DNA of 64,000 bases from an uncultured Acidobacteriota bacterium (lineage in GTDB: Bacteria > Acidobacteriota > UBA6911), in NCBI GenBank assembly GCA_963809485.1, contig CAWEJX010000007.1, positions 288,001-352,000 on the forward strand, in the 5' to 3' direction. The position numbers and the translations under genes were made by a program. Of the stretch, positions 10,390-19,723 are shown in pieces. Position 1 is the stretch's first letter. The number at the start of each line of letters is the position of its first letter. The notes under the pieces are model-generated. The model searched no databases. It had not been told where the DNA came from and saw only the letters and a list, made by a program, of their open reading frames with translations.

Positions 10390-10902
10390 ATGCAGCATAT
10401 CGAGGAAGAACAACTGTCGGCCTTCATCGACGATCAGCTTATGGGCGAGGAGATCCTTGCGGTTGAATCGCACCTGCGGGTTTGCAGCGATTGCCGGGCT
10501 GTTTTGGACGAAATGAATGCAGTGACCCTCCTGTTCCAGGAATCGGAACGCGTAGCGCCGTCGCCTTTTTTGTGGAACCGAATCTCAGCAAATCTTAATA
10601 AAAAGGATCCGGCCCGGGGTTGGGTTGCCGCTATCCTCGAGAGCTTGCATCCACACAGGCGTGGTTTAAGCGCCGCGGCTGCGGCGCTGACCCTGCTTCT
10701 GGCCGTCGGGATTACATTCCTTTACGAAAACTCCCGCCAGGTTGCCGAGCAGGCCGCACTGGCGGCTATCGACCAGACGTACAAGAACCTGGCTGCCCAG
10801 GACCCTGATGCCTATAATCCTTTTGCTTCAGGATCTCTGAACGAGCACGAAAATCCCTTCAGCAGTTTTCTTTCAGGCGGCCGCACGGCTCAGGGAAATT
10901 GA
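10390..10902 (+). CDS. Anti-sigma factor with zf-HC2 zinc finger and one TM helix
   Basis: HIEEEQLSAFIDDQL...HLRVCSDC (HxxxCxxC); TM segment; directly after the ECF sigma. Confidence 0.85.
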   Translation: MQHIEEEQLSAFIDDQLMGEEILAVESHLRVCSDCRAVLDEMNAVTLLFQESERVAPSPFLWNRISANLNKKDPARGWVAAILESLHPHRRGLSAAAAALTLLLAVGITFLYENSRQVAEQAALAAIDQTYKNLAAQDPDAYNPFASGSLNEHENPFSSFLSGGRTAQGN

Positions 10903-10927
10903 GAAGGAGTAAGGAGGCCTAAGTCAT

Positions 10928-11386
10928 ATGAGGACCGCTTCTGCCTTCGCCATAATCATAGGCCTGCTATTCGCCGCGCCTGCCGCGCAGCCGGCTATCG
11001 ATGAAGTTTTTGCGCAAAGCGTCCAGATGGGCGTCGATCAGGCGCTGTCGATTGCGGAGAAACAGCACGAAATCGCCCGGCTCCTGATCAAGGAAGGCCG
11101 CTTCGACCGGGTCATCCCCGAGATGAAGAAGATTCTCGATCTGAATCTCCAGGGAGAATATGAACAGCCCGTGGCAAAGTCGGCCGGTTTCATCGCGTAC
11201 CTCCTGGCCGAAAACAAGCAATATTCTCTCGGCCATGAACTGCTGGATGAAACCCTGGCCAGGATGCGCCTGAGTGGAAACATCGCATCCCTTCTGAAAA
11301 TAAAGGCATACATCTACAAGGCTGAAGGGAAACTCGGGAAGGCTATCGAGACGCTGGAAAAGTCCGTGGAAATTGAGCGGCAATAA
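10928..11386 (+). CDS. Exported TPR-like protein
   Basis: Signal peptide; helical repeats ending KAYIYKAEGKLGKAIETLEKSVEIE; AAGGAGG SD. Confidence 0.6.
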   Translation: MRTASAFAIIIGLLFAAPAAQPAIDEVFAQSVQMGVDQALSIAEKQHEIARLLIKEGRFDRVIPEMKKILDLNLQGEYEQPVAKSAGFIAYLLAENKQYSLGHELLDETLARMRLSGNIASLLKIKAYIYKAEGKLGKAIETLEKSVEIERQ

Positions 11387-11514
11387 ACGCTGCGTCGATG
11401 AGTATGCGCTTATCACCCATCCCCCACCCACATACTCTCGTTTCGCGTAAATCGCGATTTAACTCTATTTTGCATGTTATACGAATTTTGTGGGCATTGG
11501 ATCCAAAGAAGCCT

Positions 11515-11742
11515 GAAGCCGGAAAATGGAGCCAGGCCGCGTAGCGGCCAGCTGAATTTAGCCAGGCCTTTTTAAGGCCTGGATCTAAGCGAGTTGGGTT
11601 TTCCGTCGCGTAGCGACGGTTGAATCTCAGGCGTCGCTACGCGACGCTCTGTTCCCAATACCATGGCTCCCGGCCTTGAAAGGCCGGGCTAAAATCATGT
11701 CGCCGCTACGCGGCGCAAACCATTTTCGGAGCAGAAGCTAAT
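11515..11742. repeat. REP/MITE-like palindromic element, family A (single unit, inverted relative to the 25.1-25.7 kb copies)
   Basis: Hairpins GGCCGC-GTA-GCGGCC, CCAGGCCTT-ttt-AAGGCCTGG, CGTCGC-GTA-GCGACG, CGTCGC-TAC-GCGACG, CCCGGCCTT-ga-AAGGCCGGG, GCCGC-TAC-GCGGC; reverse complement matches 25161-25367. Confidence 0.85.
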
Positions 11743-11950
11743 TAAGGATTCCTGATTCTGACTCCTGGCTTCTCATTATTAAGGCTAAATATATTTGCGG
11801 AACTCAACGATATGTCGGTTGAGCCTAAATATAATCAGGAGTGGGAGAAAGAGGAGAATGTGCAAATTTTTCCCTTGCTCCTGAGGGCTGACAGGTTACA
11901 GAATAGGAAAGCTTGACTTGCGCATTTCGTTTCCTGTTTTGGGATTGCCA

Positions 11951-13442
11951 ATGAAGAGGGTGGTGTTTTGTTCGTGCAGGGGTGGCGGCTTCAGGCTATT
12001 GCGCCTGGCTGTTTGCCTTATTCCTTTACTGTTCTCCGGCTGTTTTGATGAACAGTCGCCGATGGAAAAGTCGGCGAAGGGGAACGTTTTGGGAATATCG
12101 GCCATAAGCCGTTTTTTCACCTTTGGCCGGACTGTATCCACCGCAAACCCGGAATCAGGTGCTGCCGCTGAAGATCCCGGATCTTTTGTGGGCGGTTTTT
12201 CGGGCCTATCGGATTCTGCCGAAGGAATTCCCGAACTGAGCATCGCGATGCCGGAATATCTCGGCGAGGCTCCGGGCGATTTGGCAGGCGTATTCCAGCC
12301 TGTCCGGGAGTCAATTGCGCTGCCCGACGCGACTTCCGGCAAAAAGGAATCCAATATTTCGTCCATCGCTTCGTTTGTGCTTAACAGCCCTTTCAACCAG
12401 CTCTTCTCCTCGCTTTTCCAGTCGGCGAAGAGCGACGACGCCGCTACGTCCGGAAAGGACGATCCTCCGAATCCGTTCACGGAAGCCAGGCAGAAGCATG
12501 CGGCTTCGGCCGATTCTTCGGCTTCGGGCACAAAAGCGGATACCCAGGCGGATAAAAAGTCAGAGACGCAGTCATCGTCCGAAACCTCAAAGGCGGAATC
12601 GGCCGATTCCGCCAACGGTGCCCTCCGGCTCGGGAGCCGCGGCAGCCGCCTGGTTCACCATCATCGGCGACTTCGACGGTTCCGGAACGCTCCAGGCGAT
12701 TCCGGCCAGGCGCATCAGTGACACGGGATTTATCTCTGAAGACGGGGAGCGCGATTTCAGTCTCCACATAAATCCTGCGGCTGCTCAGCAGCAACGCTCC
12801 TTCTATATTGACGACTTGAACGCTGATGAAACTCCTGACCTCCTTGTTACGGGCAGGATATCCTTGTTCGGGGTTGTGCTGCTGGGAGACGGCAAAGGTG
12901 GCTATAAACTGGTCGACAGCTTTTTGACAGGATTTGAACCTGTTGTGCCAAGCGCGGGACCATTTCGAGACGGCTACCGGGATATCCTGACAGTCAACAC
13001 CCGTACGGGCGTGCTGATGACGTGGCATGCCACGGATCGATACCGCTTATCTCAAACGGAGGAACTGTCTTTCGTGCCCGATTACGTCCTGCACCTTGTG
13101 GCACAGGACACGGCCGCGGAGTTCCTCATGGCTGCGCGGGTTGGAGGCGAAGAGCGGATACTGAGCTGGTCGGATGACAGCCGCCTCCGGGCGACGGCCC
13201 AAACGTTGCCTGCGGAAGCCCTTGCTTTAAAAATCGATTTGGGCTCAGATTCGTTGAGGGCCTACCAGGTAGGAGATTACGCCTCGATCGTTCTGACCAG
13301 CCAGGGCCAGTCCTTCAACGTCGCCAATCTGCGTTTGTTCCCCCGGGTATTCCTGGTGATCGGCGACCTGCAGCACCGCGGCAAAACCGATGTAGCCGTG
13401 GGAAATCTGCAGTCCTTCACCCCATCCCAAAAAGGCCGCTGA
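11951..13442 (+). CDS. Lipoprotein with Ser/Ala-rich linker and FG-GAP/VCBS-type repeats; one indel near 12610-12630
   Basis: Lipobox LFSGC in 11918..12721; IGDFDGSG, DDLNADETPDLLV, LLGDGKGGY and IGDLQHRGKTDVAVGN in 12315..13442. Confidence 0.65.
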
Positions 13443-13487
13443 TAAAAACCGCCGGCAGATCCCCTGCGCAATTTATCATTGTCTTTT

Positions 13488-13549
13488 CTCACGCGGAGAC
13501 GCGGAGACCGCGGAGGATAAAATTGTTTTCTCCGCGGCCTCCGCGTGAG
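13488..13549. repeat. Inverted array of 9-mer (CGCGGAGAC-type) repeats
   Basis: CTCACGCGGAG-ACGCGGAG-ACCGCGGAG...CTCCGCGG-CCTCCGCGTGAG; a half copy lies at 6678-6702. Confidence 0.65.
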
Positions 13550-13792
13550 GAAGATATATTCCTGCCAGGCAGCGCATTGTTTTATCTTCAAATTCTGTGA
13601 TACAAACACCCAGCTTTTTGTTATTTTGGCAAATTTTTTGATCTGCGCGCCTGCGGACGGCTTTACAAGCCGTCCGCATAACGGCGCGGCCGTCTTGCGA
13701 ATTTGCATTTATTTGGTTGCGGCCACCCGGCCGCGCCGCGTAATCTTTTGGCAGGTTTTTTCCTTGCCGAAAAATCCTGAAAAAGGGAATTC

Positions 13793-14583
13793 ATGAGCGT
13801 CGTAGTCGGATTTAACAAATCTGCTCCATCCAAAGGCCTTCAGCGCGTGCAGGCTACGTACACGGTCCGGGAGATTAGCCGCCAATTCGGCCTCAGCGAG
13901 CAGTCGATCCGCCGATGGACGCGCGAGGGTGTGATTCCGGCCGCATCCGCCTCAATGGAAGAGGATCCGCGCTATGATTTTCAGGCTCTTACGGTTTTCC
14001 GCCGTGTCCGTGAAATGAGGAGCCGCGGGCTTACGGCGCGTCAGATCGAGGCCGAGCTTCACGGACAACTCAGTTTATTCCCTGAAAAGGGGGGCGGCTT
14101 ATTCAGCTGCCCATCCGTTTGAGCCCATTTGAAGAAGCGCTGCTGTTGCACGAGAAGGGGGACAAGAGGGCTACCGAAATGTATGCAAAAGCCATCCTCC
14201 GCGGGGAGTGCACGGCGGACGCCTACTGCAACCTCGGCATTCTCGACTATGAGGAGAACAACATACCCGGCGCATTTGATCACTTCACCAACGCGCTCCG
14301 GCACGATCCGCGGCACTTCGAGGCGCACTTTAATCTGGCGCATCTTTACTTCGAAGCCGGCGATTTCCGGCTTGCCCGCCTCCATTACGAAATATCCGCA
14401 GTCATAGAACCCCGGTCGGCGAGCGTGCATTTCAACCTGGGGCTCGTGCACGCCATCGATGGAAACCTGGTTGCGGCGATTGCATCGCTCGGCAGGGCTA
14501 AGGAAAATGCCACAGAAGAGGAGTTGACCCAGGTCAACGAGCTTCTATCCAGCCTGTTGAACGCAAAGGACGATCTAAAGTAA
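13793..14583 (+). CDS. MerR-type HTH + TPR fusion protein; one indel in the G run near 14088-14093
   Basis: YTVREISRQFGLSEQSIRRWTREGVI (MerR HTH) in 13793..14122; TPRs (AYCNLGIL, AHFNLAHLY, VHFNLGLVH) in 14119..14583; the frames join across AAAAGGGGGG. Confidence 0.75.
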
Positions 14584-15220
14584 AAGGGGGACAGTCACGA
14601 ATGTCCCCTTTGAGAGGCACACGGGCGGAGTTCTGCCCTGCTCTCCTGCCCAAAGGGGACACTGGTGACTGTCCGCCTTTTGCTACTCTCTGGGCCATGC
14701 GAGCTTCTCTTTCGCGCGTCAGATGCGGAACGATCCCGAGGAGGCGCTCGATCAGCATCAGCTGTCCGCGATGGTGCATCTCGTGCTCCTTGACGGAAAG
14801 GATCATTTCCAGCCGGCTTTTGTATGCGGGCGTGGCTCCTTCCGGCATGTTGAACCTCTGACCGAGGAATTCATCGGATACCCCGTCGACCCAGCCGGCC
14901 CATTTCTCGCCTTCCTTGCGCAATAAATCGATGATCTCGGCTTTGGTTCTGGGTTGCCCCTCCTCCGCCATGACCTGTTTCATCATAGAAGTGAAATCGA
15001 GGCCGTCATAGGACGTTCGCTTTTCGACGGCATGCAGCTGATATTGGAAGCGGCTCGCCAAAGCAATATGAGTCAGCAGTTGGGCCACGCTGCGATATTC
15101 CGGCACAGGCTTAAAACCATATTTGTCCTCCGGAATATCCTGGGCTATGAGAATAGTGTTCCCACGCACGGTCCGGCTGCTTGCAGCAAGTTCCTTCGCA
15201 CCATAATACACCATACTCAA
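14534..15220 (-). CDS. DinB family protein
   Basis: FKPVPEYRSVAQLLTHIA...EHEMHHRGQLMLIERLLGIVP DinB motif; C-terminus runs through a repeat pair. Confidence 0.88.
   Translation of the reverse strand: MSMVYYGAKELAASSRTVRGNTILIAQDIPEDKYGFKPVPEYRSVAQLLTHIALASRFQYQLHAVEKRTSYDGLDFTSMMKQVMAEEGQPRTKAEIIDLLRKEGEKWAGWVDGVSDEFLGQRFNMPEGATPAYKSRLEMILSVKEHEMHHRGQLMLIERLLGIVPHLTREREARMAQRVAKGGQSPVSPLGRRAGQNSARVPLKGDIRDCPPFTLDRPLRSTGWIEAR
14582..14681. repeat. Inverted pair of AAAGG(G/C)GGACAGTCAC-NNN-TGTCCCCTTT REP-like palindromes
   Basis: Copy 1 at 14582-14611 (+) and copy 2 at 14652-14681 (-), at the convergent TPR/dinB junction. Confidence 0.65.
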
Positions 15221-15331
15221 CTCTCCTTTTGAGATACATCACTGACTTGGATGATATTATACCTATCACCTGTAATGGGGATTCAATTCGTCAATCGTCA
15301 TTCGCAATTCGTAATTACAAGGAGGTGCACC

Positions 15332-16356
15332 ATGCCAATCCCTGAAACAATGCACGCCATGGTCCTCGAGGCGCCCGGAAGTTCCCTGGTTTGCCGCGAG
15401 ATGCCGGTGCCGCAGCCGGGCCCGGATCAGGTTCTGATCAAGGTTCATGCCTGCGGCGTATGCCGGACAGACCTGCACGTAGTGGACGGCGAGTTGCCGG
15501 ATCCCAAACTGCCGATCGTGCCGGGGCATGAAATCGTCGGAAGCGTCGTGGAAACCGGCGCGAAGGTAAAGTCCATAAAGACCGGCGACAGGATCGGGGT
15601 CCCTTGGCTGGGGTATACGTGCGGCAAATGCACCTTTTGCCGGACCGGCCGGGAAAATCTGTGCGACAGTCCGAAATTCACGGGATATACGCTCGACGGC
15701 GGCTATGCCGAATACACGGTTGCCGACACACGATACTGCTTCCCGCTGCCGGAGGGTTACAGCGATACTGCCGCGGCGCCTCTGCTGTGCGCCGGATTGA
15801 TCGGATACCGTTCTTACCGTATGGCGGGAGAATGCGCAGCGCCTGGGAATCTACGGTTTCGGGGGCGCAGCGCACATCGTCGCCCAGGTGCCGTTTACCA
15901 GCACCGGCACGTCTTTGCTTTCACGCGGCCCGGGGATACCGCCGCGCAGAAATTCGCTCTCCGGTTAGGGGCGGTCTGGGCGGGAGATTCGACCGAAATG
16001 CCGCCGGAACCGCTGGATGCCGCAATTATTTTCGCGCCCGTAGGCTCGCTGCTTCCGGCTGCTCTCCGTGCCACTATCAAAGGAGGCACGGTTATTTGCG
16101 GGGGCATTCACATGAGCGATATTCCAAGCTTCCCTACAGCCTGCTCTGGGAAGAGAGAACGGTCCGTTCCGTGGCAAACCTGACGCGCGAAGACGGCGAG
16201 GAACTTCTCGCGATCGCTCCGAAGGTTCCCGTAAAAACCGAGGTGGAGGTTTTTCCGCTGACCGAAGCAAATGAAGCCCTGGCCCGTTTGCGCGAAGGCA
16301 ACCTGCAGGGCGCCGCTGTGCTAATTACGAATTACGAATTACGAATTACGAATTGA
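15332..16356 (+). CDS. Zinc-dependent alcohol dehydrogenase (AdhP/CAD-like); split by indels
   Basis: CGVCRTDLH, GHEIVG, CGKCTFCRTGRENLC, APLLCAGLIGY; C-terminus (YSLLWEERTVRSVANLTR...LQGAAVL) in 15604..16356; AAGGAGG SD. Confidence 0.9.
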
Positions 16357-16486
16357 AAAATACGGTGTGGGGCATTATCAGCAGCCGGGTTTTCTTTCCA
16401 AGCCCCGGGACGGTCTTAGCCCTCACACCGCAAATCACCCACAACCCGGCCGTATGATTTCATTCGTAATTCGTCATTCGTAATTC
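16323..16486. repeat. Inverted heptamer arrays (AATTACG)x4 ... (TTCGT(A/C)A)x4 around a ~105-nt spacer
   Basis: 16323-16354 and 16459-16486; related arrays at 15281-15316 and 55143-55218. Confidence 0.75.
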
Positions 16487-16489
16487 GGT

Positions 16490-17629
16490 TTACTCTTCCC
16501 ACGGCAAACCGGGTTTGCCGAAATGGCCGTAGTTCGTCGTTTGACGGTAATGGGGCGGAGCATCTTGAAACGCTCGATAATCGCCGCCGGACGGAAATCC
16601 AGTCTTGACAAATTCGGCCGCCACCTGGCATCCCCGGTTCCGAACGTATCCACTTTGACCGACAGAGGATGCGCCTCGCCTATGGCGTAGGAAATCTGGA
16701 TTTCCGCCTTGCTCGCCAGTTTCTGTCTTGACCAGTTGTCGCGCGATATAGCGGCAAGAAATACGCCCCGCTGCGGTCCACTTTGGAGGGGTCCTTGCCG
16801 CTGAATGCGCCTCCGCCGTGTCGACCGACCCGCCGTAGGTATCCACGATTATTTTTCTTCCGGTTACACCGGCATCGGCAGAGGGACCGCCATGGATGAA
16901 ACTTCCGGTGGGATTGACATGAAAACGAATCTTCTTCGTGAACCAGTCGCCGAGCACACGCGGCGCCAGGGATCCAGTCACGTAAGCAATGATAGCTTCA
17001 CGGGTGAGATTGGGAGCATGCTGCGGGGAGACAATCACATTCGTAACCGCAATCGGTTTGTTGTCCTTCATAAACGACCGAAACCTGCGTTTTCCCGTCG
17101 GGCCGCAGCCAGGGCGCTGTGCCGTTTTTGCGATCTTCGGCTAATCCCCTGGCCAAGCCGGTGGGCCAGCAGAATCGGCAGCGGCATCAGCTCGGGAGTC
17201 TCGTCCGTGGCATAGCCGAACATGATTCCCTGATCGCCGGCTCCCTGTTCGTGTTCGACATTCTGCTCGAGGTTCACTCCCTGCGCAATTTCAGGGATTG
17301 CCTGGACACAAACTGAAGACGTTGACGCCGTCGGCGTTGAATGCAGCGGATGGATCGGCATAACCGATTTCATCGAATGGCCTGACGGGCAACGGCTTCA
17401 TGATCCACGATACTCTTGGATGTAATTTCCCCGCGATGACGACGGAATTCTTCTTTGCAGAGCACTTCGCAGGCAACCCGGCTCCTGGGATCCTTCTGCA
17501 GATAGGCGTCGAGGATTGAATCCGCGATATAGTCGCACACCTTGTCCGGGTGCCCTTCGGTCACCGATTCGGAGGTAAACATGTGTATTGGCCTGCGGAA
17601 GGATTTTCAACAGCACGGGTTTTAGTCAT
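16490..17629 (-). CDS. metK: S-adenosylmethionine synthetase; split by several indels
   Basis: [83 protein letters not shown]...PWE spread over several frames. Confidence 0.93.
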
Positions 17630-17698
17630 CGATGGTTGCTCCAGATTCTATAATGGTCTCTCGATCCAGGCTTCCTCGGATCGTTCCGGGACCACACT

Positions 17699-17726
17699 AT
17701 TGTCTATACTTTGAAGTGCATGTCAA
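17699..17726 (-). promoter_or_regulatory. Putative sigma70 promoter of metK
   Basis: Minus strand TTGACA (17726-17721), 16 nt, GACAAT. Confidence 0.4.
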
Positions 17727-17805
17727 GGATAGCCGATCCATGGCAAACAGCAAAAGATGCCACAGATTGAGCAGATTTTACAGTTAAAATAAGCAGGAGG
17801 GCAAA

Positions 17806-18710
17806 GTGTTCAATTCAAAGGAAGCCGCCGCAGGCGTTTGATGGAACAGCCGATGCCGGCCGAGTGGAGCGCCATCGTCCGGCGAAGAATCCGCTATATT
17901 TCACCTCCTGCCGGCGGAAAATCAGGAACTGCTCGAGGCGTTCATAAGGGTTTTCCTTGATGAGAAACCCTTCGAGGGCTGCGCCGACCTGGAGATCAGC
18001 GACGAGATCCGGCTGACCATCGCCGGCTATGCATGCGTCCTGCTGCTGGGCGGCCGAGCGATATGTATCCCAAACTCCGCACGATACTCGTGTATCCCCG
18101 CGCCTACCTGGCTCCGCATACCAGCCATGGGCCTGGAGGCATCATCAGTGAAGGCCTTCAAGGACGCTCCGGCGAATCCTGGTCGATGGGAAATATCGTG
18201 CTGTCCTGGGAGGATGTCTTGAGAGACGCGGGAAATCCCCGAAAAGGGCGGAATGTGGTTTTTCACGAATTCGCCCATCAGCTCGACTATGAGTCGGGTT
18301 CTGCCCAGGGGGCACCGGTTTTACCGCGCGGTACCAGCTATTCGGATTGGGCGAGGGTGTTTGAACGGGAATACGAAGCGCTGATCGATTCCGCGGAGGA
18401 AGGCAGGCTGAGTGTACTGGATAAATACGGCGCGACAAATCCCGCGGAGTTCTTCGCCGTCGCAACCGAGTGTTTTTTTCTGAAATCTGCGGATCTCGAA
18501 TCGAATCATCCGGAGCTTTACCGGCAGTTGAAGTTATACCGGCAGGACCCTATACGATATTTCCAGCCTCAAGCTGATCTAAATCAAGTTGTCAGCGTTC
18601 CTCAGCGCTTTTGTCAGCGTATGTCAGCGTTACCAATCCAGGAGCTGTCAAGCTTTGTTGGTCCTCCCAAAAACCGGGCCAATAATGTGATCTGGAATAC
18701 AAATCCCTGA
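17806..18710 (+). CDS. M90 family zinc metallopeptidase (MtfA-like); frameshifted, 3' end uncertain
   Basis: GNIVLSWEDV...NVVFHEFAHQLD...YGATNPAEFFAVATECFF...HPELY...YRQDP; N-terminal part (FLDEKPFEGC..LEISDEIRLTIA) in another frame; GGAGG before GTG 17806. Confidence 0.85.
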
Positions 18711-19723
18711 ACAATATATTCAATATATTCGATCTTCTCGACCAGAACCTCTTCCGATCACTCACTCACAGCATTTGGAAGCATGAATTCCGGATCCGCA
18801 CAAATCCATTGATTGGGATTCAAAGGACCGTAACTCCCATATGCGATGAGCTTTTCAATAGGATGGCGAAAGAGGATATATCTGCTTTACTGCCTAATGG
18901 GATGGCAGTTCTCCAGGACTGTCCGACGGACGTTCACAGTTTAAGCAGAAGGTATCCGAAAAGCATTCCTCCCCCGGCCAATTCTCACATCCCGCTGCAA
19001 AGTATTGTGAATAATTCAGATAATCCATTGAAACATTCTCGCTAATGCCTATATCATTATTATCATTCACCGGCGCGTTTCCCGAAAACCTCTACCTTTC
19101 GGCCACCAATTTGCTCCTGGCGAAACAGCTGAGTCCGGGGACCTCCCGCCAAAGATGGGAAAGCTGGCGGCAAAATCATTATTGAAGTCGTCCGCATACA
19201 TTCCGATAAGAATATGCTGGGCGGTGATTATTCGCCTTACACGGTGTTTTGTAGCTAAAGAAAGCCCAGAAAGGGAAGGCCATTTGCATTCAGAAATTTG
19301 GATATCTCTCAGGAAAAACCGTAATATCGGCATCCTGAAACAGGATATCAGTGGCCCCAAGAATTCCGATAAAAATTGCTATTCCATTTTTATAGAATAG
19401 GTTACAATCAGCTCCGCAAGACAGCAATGAGTTGTTTTTTTTGGCTCAATAATTGCTTTTCAACAGCGGGGTATTTTAGTATCGAATTTTATTGGTACGG
19501 AAACATCCGGCACAGGCTCCTTCATGAGCATGCGGAGGGAGTGTTGTTAGCGGAGCGTTTTGGCATTTCAACGCAAGCTATATTTGTTTGCTTTGGCAAT
19601 CGATAGTCAGCTTTCAAACGATGCGGCTTTTATTGGAAACCTGAATGCGGACAAACGCAGGCGGATTTCCAATAAAGCAGATGCATTGAAGATTCCAACA
19701 AAGAGCACGAAGGAGGGCTACAG

